In this document: piece after piece, positions 24,620 through 39,540 of the stretch
Numbering within the stretch: the stretch's first letter is position 1
How the letters are laid out: the number at the start of each line of letters is the position of its first letter
Source of the DNA: Octopus sinensis
Lineage: Eukaryota
NCBI RefSeq assembly: GCF_006345805.1
Contig: NC_042999.1
Coordinates: forward strand, 140,554,001 to 140,618,000
Reading direction: 5' to 3'
Length of the DNA: 64,000 bases
Program-made: the position numbers and the translations under genes
Notes under the pieces: model-generated
Databases searched by the model: none
What the model saw: only the letters and a program-made list of their open reading frames with translations
What the model was told of the DNA's origin: nothing

Positions 24620-24835
24620 GTAAGGCAGTGAGCTTGCAGAAACATTTGCATGTTTGGCGAAATGCTTAGTGGTATTTCGTCTCTTTACATTCTGAGTTCA
24701 AATTCCACCGAGGTCAACTTTGCCTTTCATCCTTTCAGGGTCAATAAATTAAGTACCAGATGCATACTGGGATCAATTTAATCAACTGGCTCCTTCCCCC
24801 AAAATTTCAGGCCTTGTGTCTAGAGTAGAAAAGAA
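24620..24835 (+). mobile_element. SINE
   Basis: gtaaggcagtgagcttgcagaa...gagttcaaattccaccgaggtcaactttgcctttcatcc...; reverse homologue of 221-420. Confidence 0.75.
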
Positions 24836-25845
24836 TATTTTCCAAGTGTGAAACTATTTTCTTAAAAACCTATCCACTTCCAGATATTGTTGACATGCCT
24901 AACTTTGAGACACTACAATAGCATCTCAAAGAAGCTTTACTACAATTGTTTCCCACTAACTTCAGTAAAAGGTCCCAAATTTTTAGATTCTAGAAGAGGA
25001 AATTGATATTGAGATGTTTATGCCATTTCCCCCCCAAATGCATTAGTAATACAACTGAAATAAAATATATACAAAGGGAATCAAAACAGGGTTGCTCTCT
25101 TGGCTGAGCAGGAAATCACAATAACCCATAAGCCAATGAGGCAGCCTCTTTGCAGTTACTTAATTCAATAGAAATATCAGCTAAATCTTTTTGGAATTAC
25201 CTCCCACACTCTTAAAAATGGATAATGAGGTGTAGGATGCACAATCTGAAAAAAAAAAAAAAAAGAAAAAAGAAATACATGGGATAATCCCTAATTGAAT
25301 GTCTTTCATTATAAGTCTGCTGGTTAAACAACAAAAAGAATTTTGAACTTATGATGGGGACAACTATATTGAATCTAATTTTGCCTCTCATCAAAATGTA
25401 CAAAACTTTGAAGGATAATACACTAATTCACTCCTTTGATAAACTTCAGCAATAAAATAACCAGAAACCCTACATATTGAAAACGAGATATTTCCCATTT
25501 TAAGAGATCTACTTTTCCATTAGTATTTGACTGTTGATCTATGATCTCTGACCCTCACCCAGCCAAACAGCTCATAGTCCCTATCACTTTATATATCAAC
25601 TGCCTCTTAATAGAATGCCATGGTTAAAAATAGGAATCTGAAATTTATAAAGAAATTTATGAACTAAAATTTAAAATAGATAAAACAAGTTGAAAGCTAG
25701 ACTAAATAAAAATATTTATGTTTGAAAGAAAGTGGAGTGGAATAACCTATAAAATATTTGAATTATGTAATATATTCAAGAATTACACTTGACATTTGGA
25801 AAAAGTGGGAAACACAAACTGAAAGGGATACAGGTGACAATATAT

Positions 25846-25879
<34 letters not shown>

Positions 25880-26651
25880 TCAAGATCACTGATTTAGTGA
25901 AAGCAGGTGAACACTAATGGAGGACTAACCAAAAAATAAAAAGAAGTTTTCTCATTAGGATTCTCCAAAAGCGAGAACTTATAAAGTGCAAAAGCTTGTA
26001 ATGTGACATTTGTCATTTGAATAAAAGCAAAGGATTATTCGAAGGGAGTTTTTCACTAGAATTGGTGAGCACTTAATATAGCTACTAGTTATTATAGAGA
26101 ATAAATGAGTTGAAAATGAAGTATATTTTATATTTCAAGACCTTGGAGGAGAAGTTCTTTTTTATATTTTGGATCAACTGAAAAGATAAAAAGGAACAAA
26201 AAGGAAAATACAAACTTGAGAATGAATACCTTCAATATCTCAATATACAAAATAAATATCTATTTGAGATATGTACTAGAATAAAACCAAAGCTGGTATT
26301 TTTAATTACCATCGTGATAAGTGTCTCAGATTCAATATAAACAACATAACTTATAAAAGTCAAAAACTAATTACTTAATTTTAAACACTAAATCAGACCA
26401 AGTTATTTGCATAAAAAACAATTTTATGTTTTCTATATATCCCAAATATAAGGGATATATGTTTATATGAATAGGTTGTGGTTACACTCTTTCAGATTTA
26501 GCTAAAGGGAAAATTAGAGTCAATGGAAATATGACATATTTAAGAAAATGTAAATAAAATTAATAACAATTTCAGAAGGCTTATATGATGACTACATGAA
26601 CTCTCCTATCTCATATTAACAAGAGAGATGAGGAAATACAATTCAACTTAC

Positions 26652-26704
26652 TGGCATTCTTCCATGGTTCTTTTTGAGGAATCTGAACAGCTGTGGAATG
26701 TTCC
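26652..26704 (-). CDS. Cav1: Cav1 exon, III S5-P extracellular loop (53 nt)
   Basis: ttttag|GGA ACA TTC...TGC CA|gtaagt; GTFHSCSDSSKRTMEEC(Q); frame fits both neighbours. Confidence 0.96.
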
Positions 26705-28132
26705 CTAAAATGTTAAAAGATATACAGAGAACATGAGTATTTTCACAGACATGTGTAGTAACAAAAAGAGTAACAGAAACAACAACAGTAACATCAATGA
26801 AACAAACAAATATTATTTCTCATCTGTCACAATAAAAGCCTAACTACAATAATGAACTATTTTAATTTTTGTTTACCACTGTTATATGAAAATATTGGTA
26901 GAGTAATTATGTCTCACCAGATTTCATGGTGTTAATAAGTTGAGGGACAAATATTTTTGTGAATAGGATACTAACCTATTTTTGTTTAATAAGTTAGCTA
27001 TAGGAAGAACTGGAACTGCCCTGTGATCTTTGGAAGACCTCCTAGAGTGTTGAGATCCATGTAAGTTGAAGCTTAGTGAGAACAATTCTTTGTCAATGAT
27101 AGTAAGTAAAGTGTGGGTAGGAAGAAATTTCAGAGGGCAGCAGTGAAAGGAGAGACAAAAAAAAAAACAAAAAAAAAAAAAAAAAAAAAAACAAAAAAAA
27201 AAACCCCACATATTTTGTAAGTCAGTCGGTCAGGATTTAGGCAGATGGGGATGATTAAAGTTTAGTGCTGCAATTTTAAAGAATTTACAACTTGTTTAGC
27301 ATCAATAGCTAATCAAGGCATATATATTTTCTGGTCCTAGAAATGCAACACCACTCTTGTGACACAGTTTTATCAATGTGAAATATGAGAGAGGAAAACA
27401 AGAAACCAAAAATTTAAAGAAACTAGTAATACAGTAAGTTGATAAAACAGAGTTAATAAAATTTGTATAACAATAAGATTATATATAGTGAGGAGAGTTG
27501 AGGATTTTGTCTTATGGAAAGGCACATTCGTTGAAGAAATGAACACACCTCTCCTCATGGCTCGCAAACTTATTTTATAGATTTTATGTCAAAAATGAGT
27601 AACTTCAGTAAGAAGTCAAAAATTGTTGTTAAGTCTGTAAGAAATGTAATTGCTTTCATTTGAGTATCAGCCAAATGATGAGAGTGGGGGGGGGGAGATG
27701 TATGAAAATGTTTCAGATGCTTACTTTAAGTAATACACTCATCTTTCCAGTCAGCACTACCGTTGTTCTATACCTTATCCCTAACACATACCCTCCTATG
27801 TTATAAAACTATTACTTAGAGGAGTGGTTCATACAATACTTCAGAAGTGAATTACAGAGTTTCAAAGTAAAACCATAAATCCAAAACTCATGGAATGCCT
27901 TTACACCCCTCTTAAACAAGTACAATGATCCTGAAGGAAAGGATAGTACCATTCACTCAGTTGTACACATATAACTGCCTATAACAGCAGACAAAAGGTA
28001 GATAATAGGTGTATTAGAGAGAGAAAGAGAGAGAGAGAGGTAGATATACACACGCATGTATGTGCACACTTGCACACACACACATAGACATAGCTCACTC
28101 ATGTTAATGTAAGGGAAAATGTGAGACTTTAC

Positions 28133-28240
28133 CTTAAATAGTTGTACACCAATGACTGCAAACATGAATTGCAACAGAAATGTGACCAGCATAATATTAC
28201 CAATGGTGCGGACAGCAACAATAACACATTGCACCACATG
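28133..28240 (-). CDS. Cav1: Cav1 exon, III S4-S5 linker and IIIS5 (108 nt)
   Basis: cacag|CAT GTG...TTT AAG|gtaaag; [36 protein letters not shown]. Confidence 0.98.
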
Positions 28241-28698
28241 CTGTGAAAGAAAAATATATCAGTAATTTAGATATAATTAGTAGCATATGAATTATCACAT
28301 GTAACCAGAATACCAACAATATAAGAACATTTATATTTACTTATTAATCTATCTGTCCATCTAGGTATGTGTCTATACACACACACACACACACACTATG
28401 TTTTTCATAACAACATGATAAAGCAAACATAAAATGATAAGCATTATGTGTTCATACCCAATAAACATTGCATATCTATATCTTTCTTTCTCTGTATATA
28501 TTGTTTTCCTGTTCACTGTCTAAGTCATAAAGACTTGAATATATATATAATTTTCCTATGATTTATGTTTTGTTCCAACTGCGTAACCAACTAGCATCCC
28601 TTTCTGAAATTTGCTGGTATCACAGAGCAGGAACAATCCTGTCATAAGGCACTGAAATTGCAAATATTCCTCAACAAACAGCTGATGAAGGGAATATT

Positions 28699-28866
28699 CC
28701 ACCAGATCACATGATTTTAATATTCTTTGGCCTAGTCAATGCTGGACACTGAACTGCTAGAAATAAAGTGACTCCTCTCTCTGCCAGCAATATATTAAGA
28801 AAATAGTGCCAGGTGCATTTTGCATCAAAAGCCAATATGAGAGTTTGAAATCATGTGATCTGGTGG
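28699..28866. repeat. Perfect 19-bp inverted repeat with 130-nt spacer (MITE-like)
   Basis: ccaccagatcacatgattt (28699-28717) and aaatcatgtgatctggtgg (28848-28866). Confidence 0.8.
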
Positions 28867-29395
28867 TCTTAGTACTGGAGATGATGGGGGATTTGTCTTC
28901 CTGATAGCAATATAAACAAGAGTGCATTTGGCACCAAAAGCCAATATGAAAGCTTCTCTCATGATATCTACTGCAGTATAGCTTGTTCTAATAGAACCTC
29001 CCCAAAAGATAATACTCTTGGTATTAATACTACCTCTGTCACTAATATATATTTCTTAACAAGCTCACTGGCTAATGGTGACACCTGCATCTGTTCTGGC
29101 ACTGTTTTTCTATATAAGGAAAGAGCATTATTAAAATGCTTTTGATCATTAGGTTGTTTAATCAGGACCGACACATGGGTTAACTAAGAACAATAACAAA
29201 ACCTTGGTATAATGAAAGTAATATTTCCTGTGTTAGCTCTAGTGTCACAGCTGCTTTTAGTGGTGAACTGTATTCTGTTGTTGGATTTAAAAACTGAGAT
29301 AAGGTATAGCTACAAAGCATTAACTGTTTAGTTAGATGACTAGTTCTCTGTCAATTTTCCATCTGTGAAACATAGACACAACAAAACTAGAATCA

Positions 29396-29605
<210 letters not shown>

Positions 29606-32218
29606 TCAAGAGTAATTTTACAACATAGTTTTCAACATCTTCACTTAGTAAAAGATCCAAGAAACATCATGCATTATATACATCTGTCAAGCTCAATATG
29701 TATCATGAAAAATATGTCAGTAAACATTCACTCATACACCTGAAAACACATACACCTATATAAACATCTACATACACACACACGTGTGTGTGTGTGCATA
29801 AATACACACATGCATAAATACCCCTACCACAACATACACACACTAGTTTAGCTTTATATTCTCTTTAACATCCATAAAATTTATAAAAAGTGGCACTTCT
29901 TAAAACACTGCACTTTAGTTTTCTTTTTGCAGTAAAATATATTGATTTATTCTTATTTAATTTTGAATACACACATATTCGAAATTTTAAATATTAAGAC
30001 AAGTTATAATTTTGACATTCTAAAGAAATCATATATAGTTATTTCTTCATATATACATTATATTTCAAATTTACTTAACTTTATTTTAAAGGCATAGATG
30101 TATTATTATGTGTATTACATGGCAGAAATAATACTGTAAAACTAAAAATTTTAGAAACAAGGATCAAATAAAAATTGGTATTTTCTAGAAACTGTGGTTG
30201 ATGATATATTGGGATTTATATGAAAAATTTAATATGAATTGCATATTTAAGATATGTTGGTAAACATTCCATCTGAAATACACTAATGTATTTAGAATAT
30301 AGTAGTCTTGTAGATAAGGAATAAAACAGTGTTATGTTTGGAATTAAATGAACAAAATTTTAAAGATGATTATTACTAAGGTAACAATATTGATAGTTAA
30401 GTCAGAAAGACCCTCAGCAACATCAGCTGTAAAAACATACCAGGTTCAGATTACTCATCATTGTAAACAATGGCAGCATTGTAAAATATTCAAAATGTTC
30501 CATTTACTGTCCTGAAGTTTACTTCTCCTATAAGTATTACTTTGAGAGGGGTGTGTGTTCTACAAAGCTAATGTGCCCCAGATATATTATATAGAGGCAA
30601 GGTTCTCCATGATGGTTTTATTATTCAATCATTGAGTTACAGGATTCATTCTCTCCAGTGTTAAAATAGTAAAGATTTTCTGAATCATTAAACCTATCCT
30701 TGAGTATCTATCTTCAAGTCATTACAATCAACATATTTTTATGTATGTTTTGATAAACTGGACTATTTCTTCATATTTAAAGATTTTGTGCAGTACAGGT
30801 TAGTTAGGCATATTCATCAGTAAGTCAGAAATAATTGTGTGTGTGTCCACAGGTGTCCTTTTGTCTTTAAAAAAAAAGACTATCTTTCCTCTAATGCCAT
30901 GTCAATTCCAGAGAATTCTTGATTTTTGAGATTATTTTCCCTTCTCATTCAGAGTCTATTACAGTTGCTACCAGGCATTGGTTTACCATCTCTCAAAGCA
31001 AAGCTGAATTTAGTACCAATATTCATCTCTCCATCCTGAAAATACAGGCTGGATTTACCTAATGTTTATATCCTTTTTGCAAACTGCATCTGCCAACATT
31101 ACGACGTAATTCCAAGCCCCTAGAGACAGCTGTTGGACCCGTAATACCATATTTTCTCCCTTTCAGTTTTTGCCTTTACACTCTGTGTAAGTCTGCTCTG
31201 TTAATATATAAATAGCAATATATTTATACATGAATTTTCATTTTCTGAATATCTTCAGTCATGTATATGTAGATGCATATTTTATATATCTAGCCCATGT
31301 GGTTTTATTTGATTATTTGCATCATTATCTCCATATCCGTTCACCTGGATTTCACTTATAGCCACTCTTTACTCTGCGCTACTGTTTTCTATGTTAAACA
31401 TCTCTGGATCTTACCTGTTGACTTTCTCTCTCTGTCTGTCTGTCTGAAGTACCCCCACCATTTAAATTTGTTTTCTCCTACATCCGGTATTTGCATACAC
31501 CTATGCCATTTTTCTCAGAAAAACCTCCTTCCTCTCCCTTACAATTACATATACAAAAAAATGGGGAGGACTGTTGCCACTTGAATGCTGACAAGCAGGA
31601 CAATGTCTTAAAAGACCAATCCAAGGGATATAACACTGATAGAACAAACTAAGAGCCAGCCATCTGTCTATGTGTATGTGTTTTTTTCTTTTTGCTGTCT
31701 TTCATTCCTAGATTTCTTTACTTTTTTCCACAATGTTTCTGAACTTTGTAAACCAGATGTGCTATTTTCAGACCTTCAGTACAAAAGTGTCCATTCTCAC
31801 ATACACACACATGCATCTTCTCTTCTTGGGATCACTAGCACTTCATTCAAACCACGTTTTATTATTATTATCTCCCTTGCTTTCATCCTATTTTTTTCTA
31901 ATCATTCACCATGCTAAAATCTATAAGTTTTTTTTCATTCTCTCTTATTCCTTTCTGTTAAAGAGCGTAGGCTTGAAATGTAAAAGACTTTTTCATTTTT
32001 CCTGTGTGCCAAACTATTACACTTGCTTGCTGTTCATACACCTGTCTTCATCTTTTGTTTTTCTATAAATTTCAATGATATAATGTACACATACACACAC
32101 ACACACACACACAATATGTACATATACTTTTGGGTGATTTGAGCTTGGAGGGTTTTCTTCTGTACAAAGTGCAAGAAAACATTAAACATATATTTTTCTT
32201 CAAATCTAACCAAGTTTA

Positions 32219-32259
<41 letters not shown>

Positions 32260-35200
32260 TGTGTGTGTGTGTATGTATGTATGTATGTATGTATGTATGT
32301 GTATAAACATGAGACTCTTAATGAGTGTAAATAGAAAAACAGAAGGAGAGTGTAAAAGCCTGTAGCATTTAAACTACTTTATATTTGGAAAAGTGGAATA
32401 AAAATTAAAAAATGAAATAGTAGAAAATATCTGTTTGTTTCATGTATAATCATATTTCATAGAAAATTATTTGCACCAAAATGTCAGTTTCATCATGTTG
32501 TTTTTTCATGAACATTAAAAAAATAGTAATTACTTGAAAGGAACTAGATCACTCTGTATCAGTTATTCATAATCCGAGGAAAGAATTTACAGTACTCCAG
32601 ATGTAAAATTGGATTTTTTAGTGGAAAAATTGTTTTTAGGTTTAAAAATTCTTTATGATTATCCACACTGCTATGGCTAGATTTATTTTCTTTAATATTG
32701 ATTTTAAGAGTGTTAATATTAAATTGATATAAAGCTCTTAATATTATGCAAGAAAATGTAATTATCAAAGGGAGTGAAATCAGACAAATGGTGAACTGGT
32801 AAAGCAGGGAAATACAGAAAAGATTAAGAAACACTGTTCTGTACAAAGATAATTCAATACAATTTTGATTAATTTCAATAATTCTTGTATATCATTTTAC
32901 ATACACTTGGCAATGAATTTGCATTTTGTTACTGACTGTTGAAACATACTGTATTTTGAAAGTCATACCTGTCACTTATATATATCTTTATTATCTAATA
33001 AAAGTGAAGTCTTCAATAATTTTCTTTTAATATTTTAAAAATCATTACATAAAAAATAACATTTTATTAGTGTATTTTTAAAATAGAAAACATTTTCTTA
33101 AGTTATAAAATATATTTTACTTAAAATAAATACTGTGATACAAGTGATGTAGTCATCATTACTTTATTTGTGTAATTAAAAATACATTTGAAAGCAAAGC
33201 ACAAACAAGTATGTGAAAATATTAAGGATATTTAGGGGAAAAGATTTTAGAAAATATATCTAGATTTATATAATATACATTTATAGATGAGTTGAATTTT
33301 ATAAATATTTCATATATTGCATTCAAGAAGTTTTCTAAAATTAGCTCAAATAACATTATCATAGAATAAAAAAGGAGGGGGTTGGAAAAATTGTGTTGTT
33401 TTAAAGTGCTGTTTCAGAGTAAAGTGGGTATAAAAAAAAAGAAAAAAAAAGAATAAAAAGATGAATAAAAAACAATAACAGTATCTTATCCTTATGCTAC
33501 TGTGGTTTTTACTTTACATGCATACATTCAAACTCTGTGGATATAGTGCATATAAATATATATAATTGTGGTTTATTTAACATTTAGAAACCATGCATAG
33601 TTCTAATAAACTTTTAGTTAATTCAAAGAGAATTCACTAAACGTGTCTTGGAATTTACATATATACAAAATGACATAGTAGTTAACATAGCAATGGATGA
33701 TAAGTGCATGGTTATATAAATTAATGTGAAGATCTGAGAAAATTCTAATGATAAATTTTTCTTATCACAAAATCTCTGTGAGGAAGATTAAATCTATTAT
33801 AATTCTTAGAATGTAATATGGAAATTATTTTCAAAATACTCCTATGATTTCTGAAACAAAATTCTAACAAGTACTGTTATTTCTTGAAAACTGCAAGAGA
33901 CATAAATAAAAGGAAAATATAAAGTTGAATAGTAAATAGGGGTTATGGCACTAATACTTTTTTCAACTGAACTTAATGTCATCAAATTCATAGTCAGCCA
34001 ATCAATATTTATATAATATAAATGTATATTTATATAATCACCATTATCATTTAACACCCATTTTCCATGCTATCATGGGCTGGATGGTTTGACAGGATTT
34101 GGCAAGCTACAATACTGTGCCAAACTCACACACACACACACACACTGAAATGTTTTTAACTGTTTGTATAATTTGCAGTTTGTATTTGTTTGCTCTCCAA
34201 ATCTCTAGCTAAGCTGATGCATTTCAAATGCCTTGCCAAATATTTCTACTCAATTCATTCTTCTTCTTTGGTATTTAGAATCAATCACTTCAATCAGTAC
34301 TGAACTACAAGTTACTGTTTTATCATATTTCTAACATCTAACTTTGCAATGTCTAAATTTAAGCAGCTGTTAAAAGCTATAAATATTATAATCCCTAGCC
34401 CCATCCACACACACAAACACACATTTTCTCTCTCACATCTGAAAGTATTATGTAACTTTTTATACACAGCACCAAAAATCAATTACACATAAATATTCTT
34501 TGATGCAAACTGAAATATAATTTCTCATTTCTCCATAGTCCCCCACCTTGCAGTCTTTATACATTGTTTATAAAATTATTTCCACAGCAAAATTTTGGTA
34601 GCAAAACTTAGACAGTTTTATACAATTTAATGATTCTTCAATACATGTCATTATGCAACTATTAAGTCATAATATGTATAAAGAGTTATTGAAGATTCAT
34701 CAAAATCCAAGATTGAGATAGCAAAGAAAGAGTTACTTCCTCTTACAAATAATCTCTACATAAAAAAAAACAAAAAGAACCCTAGACAGAAATGATTCAA
34801 AATTTTTTTCTCAGTTATTTTATAATTTACCCATGCTCTTTGTACATGTAAAGTACACTGCTGAATATATAAAATCATCATTCCTCTTAGCTAATTGCAT
34901 CATAGCTCAATGATGTTAGTCTTCCAATGCTCCTGGTGCTATCATAAAATCAGTTTAAAAAGTACAAGATATACAATTGCATATCTCCTTTTTACTATTT
35001 TAAAAGACTATACTGATATACCATGATTAACTCTAAACTTATCCAATACAAAACTTAATAAAATATATATTTTTTGGTTACTGTGTGTTCCCCAGTAATC
35101 TAATGTGTTGTTATTTTATTCTAATAATCTTTTGTCAAGAATAAATCTTTTCAAGGACTACTACTTACTTCAACATTTTCTACTCAACTTTTCCATCATT

Positions 35201-35711
35201 TAAATTCAGCAGGGATGTGAACGGAAGAATTATTAGAGAACTAAACAAATGCCTAGTGATATTTAGTTACATTCTTTTACATGATATGTTCAGGTACTGC
35301 TGAGACTAACTTCATTGTTCATTTCTCTAGAGTTGATAAAATAAGTATCAGTCTAGTATTATAGTTGATAAAAATTAATAATACACCTTCTCCAAAACAT
35401 TTGTGCTTTGTGAAAAGTAATTATTTAATATCTCCTACATGACATTGGATTTTATAGCTGTACCTATTTTTAGTCATCCCTCAGACACTGCAAATAATTT
35501 AATTATTTTATTATATGATCAGGTCAAATGAAATTTTCATTTTGATTTGAATTCCATTGCCATTCTTTTTGAATTCTAGAGTTTAATAATAGTCTAGTGA
35601 AAAGAGATCCTACTCCTTATTTATCTTTATAACTTTGGCATGTTGTGAGCGCAAATTGCCATCATCATGAACTGTGTTATTAATTCATTCTTTTGCCTAT
35701 AAAGAGAGAGA

Positions 35712-35779
<68 letters not shown>

Positions 35780-38700
35780 GCAAGCAAAATATAATAGATG
35801 GCAAAAGAGACTGCAAGGCTATCTTGATTTTGATAGTATCAAAGCTATTGTGACACGGCTTTGGCATAAGAATGAGCTGTAAAATGTTTTCAGTAAAACC
35901 AAGTCTACAATCCACAGCATAACATTTAAGATACTTTCTTAGTTCAATAATAATATATTTGTGATAATTAAATCAAGTATATGGATCTACTAAAGCAAAT
36001 ATCTATATTTGAATTTTCTATCATTTGCGACCAACTAACAGTGCTTAAGTGGCTTGATTGTTTTTTTTACCTGCTTCTTCACTTCTATTAACAAAACAAG
36101 TATTAAATGATGCTTTTATAGTTTAAAATAAATCTTCATGAGCTGAGTAGCCTGAAACCTAAGGAAAATAGAGTAGGATAGAAAGTAATTTCTAAACTTT
36201 TATTATTGTGGTAACATATTATGAATTTTGAAACAAGATGTACTGAAACATTAGTTTAAAAAATACATAATATATGTTTATGTTTCAATTTACTACATCA
36301 ATGAATTTACAGAAAAATGAAGAAAACAGAAATATAGTCGAGATGTATAAGTAGCATATCATGAATATATGTCATCAACTGATACCAGGTGGATCAGTAA
36401 AACTAAAGCATGAGACAAGGTTAAATAAGTACTACTCAGCACAAACACATGACTGAAATAAAGAAGAATTTTTTTATCATCATAGTTTTGTACCTGTTTT
36501 TCTAAGATGGAATGGGTTGGATAGGTCATTACAGAATGTATCAATTCTATGATAGCCAGCTACACAACAATTTTTGATATGAGATTGGATAGAAATAGCA
36601 CAAGTGGCATGGTGGTGGAAGAGAGGGTGATGTGAGCCAGAGTGACAAAAGAGTGAGCACTGAAAATGAGAGAGGAAGAGAAATGGATGTCAACAATGAG
36701 TGATAAAGTAGGGAGTAATATGAGAGAAAGTGATGCACAGCAATGGAGATCAATGATGGTAAAAGAATAGTAGTGATGGATGAGAATAATAAGTAAAAAG
36801 GAAGTGAGTAATGGGGTGAGAGAAAGCAAAACAGAAGGGATGATGGTAAGGGAGGGATTGAACTGGAGGGACCTAATGTAACATCATTCCTCATTACACA
36901 GGTGGTGTGACGAGATAAAGATGAAATTATAATTGGGAGGCACATAAATAGGATAGGGGTGACTGATAAATGTGAGTGTTACAAAGAGAAGGAAAGAGCA
37001 GTGGATGGCAATTTAACATGAATATAATGGTCAAAGGAAACTCAAAAGTAGACATTATGCATCCAGCATATTGTCATTTTCATATTTTTTACTTGCATGC
37101 ATAGTATGGATATGATCCTCTGACATTTCTTGAGTTTGCATGGTGTTTCAGGTATATACTTGATGAAATTTTAATGAAAATTAGTATTTCTGTTCATTTA
37201 TTCCTATTCTTTATTTAAGTTTGTTTGTTTGTTTATGTGTGTGTGTGTGTGCACGCGCAGACACATGCACATGTGCATTTTTCCATTTATGGATAGGAAA
37301 TTACTTTTATTTGAGTATTTTAACAAAACTCATGATAAATTTAGTAATCTTCTCAAGTACAGCATATTGCCAAAGGTCTCGGCCACCTGTCACTACTGGT
37401 AACTACTTTGTTGAGTCAAAAATTTTACAATAGTTTGGTAACTTATTTCAACAAGTTACAACGAAAGCAGTCAAACATTCAAAGTAGAGGCCACACAGAC
37501 ACACACACACACACAAAACCATCCAACAAAAAACATTTGCCTTCAAATTTAAGGGTCGTATTAGAGTTACTGCTGTATATTTGAGATGACTTGTGACACC
37601 ATTGAATGACCATACATAGACCACGTATAGTCATTCAGTGTATAACAGGAGTGAAACAGAAAATCAACTAAACAATCATGAATTTTACAATGCTACAATT
37701 GCTTACAGCAGTGAACTATACCATCTTCTTATATTTAATGCCAGGAGGCACTGGATCATGGGTAGCTGAATCATGGATACAATATAAATATATAAATTGA
37801 ACCATTACAGTAGTTACATGATATTAACTACTTTATAACTAAATCTCCTTTACAAACTTTCCGGCTATCATTGAAGATCATGTTTTAATTCTATATATTA
37901 AGACATGATACACTATAAAAGCAAGAAAGTCTTGGTTAGAGACATTGATTTATGATTTAAGTGATCAATTACATCTGTAGTGTTGTTATTCTGAAGTAAA
38001 ACTGCCTATGTCAATTAACAGAAAATGCAAAAGTAAAATATAATAATATAATTAAGTTTACATAACTGTATTTTTATGTCTTATACACATTTGTAGATGC
38101 ATGCATACATCCTTCAAAGCAGTTTCACACACATGCACATACATCTTTGTGTATGAATGTAGTAGAGAGGTGCAATTTGGAAACAGTCTCTCTCAATCTT
38201 CAATAGAATTAAAGGATTACAGATTCTTAATATCCACATGGATACCAGCAAGAAAATAAGGAAATGATGTAATGATCTAGAGATTAAAGCATAAATATAT
38301 GTAAGCTAATCTCTACAAGCTTCCCTAAAAGTGTATATTGAATATTGAGTACTTCAGTATATTTGCATGGATAAACAATATATATGATTATATAATTTTA
38401 GATAATTATTCTCAACTTTGGAATGTGTCAATGACTGAGTAGACAAGAACATTATTAACCTTAATTCAGAAATAATGATTTCTAGAAGATATCCAGTTTG
38501 GTAAAATGTAAACATCAAGGAAAAAGATACTGAATAAAGATTGGAGATCCAACTGATCAAAATGTAGTGTAGATGTAAATATAATAAATATATCAGCATC
38601 TCTACATTGATAGTTAAAGTATTTTATTTACATAAAAAACAACTTATCTTAAACATTTACACATGTAATGTAACCTTATTCACACATACACAGTGAATTA

Positions 38701-39129
38701 CTTCCTTTTTTAACAAAATGAGAAGAAAATTTAAAATAAAATGAAACACAAAACAAAATATAAAAAACTTGAACTATGAATATTAAAACAAACTATATGC
38801 TGACATTATTTTCTTCTTGATGAGGCAAATAAGCCTTATATTTCAAAATGGAAAGAGGAAATTATATTTACCCAAATCTTTTTCTAGTTATTAGCTGAAA
38901 GATTTTTAGAAATCTTCATGAAATCACAGTGATAAATCTAAAGGAGTGTATGTCGGAGGGTGGTCTGCCATTGTGGTTTATAAAAGGAATAACTTGTCTG
39001 ATATTCACATGATAGTTGAAGAAAGGAGTATTGAAGAAAGACACTAAGGGAATGGTTTCAGTAGTATAGGAACAGGATGTAGGAACAGAATCAAGAGAAA
39101 AAAAGACAAGCACAACTGTTCATCTATAT

Positions 39130-39540
39130 GTAATATGTGAAGTTATACAAGTAAGAATGTAGCAAAAATTGCATCCGAATGCCTGCAATAAGTGCAGAAG
39201 GAAAACAAAATGTATAGACACAGTAATCCACTGGAAGTTTTGTGATAATAATTCGATGGAATTTTTGTAAGGGGTTCAGCTTTGCTTGCACACGAAAGAG
39301 ATATGACTATTGGGCAGGAACAAAAATGGAAGTCTTTGAAAACAATAAAGTGAAGTAGCTATGGAACTTGACTTTACAAACTGAAAGAATAGAGCAGAAG
39401 CTAGATATTGTAGTCACTGATAATAAGACAGTGTGTCTTGTAACTGACAAGATTTTTGATACCAGAATCAAGAAAAAGTTAAAAGCAGAGTATTATAGAG
39501 AGCTGAAGTATCAGATTATCAAATGGAACTAAGAAGTTAA
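39130..39540 (+). mobile_element. Relic of an RLE-type (R4/Dong/NeSL-like) non-LTR retrotransposon C-terminus
   Basis: VK*LWNLTLQTERIEQKLDIVVTDNKTVCLVTD resembles the ILWDF.IQTD...RPDIVV.DK...C.IID restriction-like endonuclease region. Confidence 0.6.

Noticed and set aside
28682-28700. Hammerhead ribozyme (CTGATGA plus stem II)
   Set aside because: The GAAA core and stem III are absent, so the motif is incomplete.
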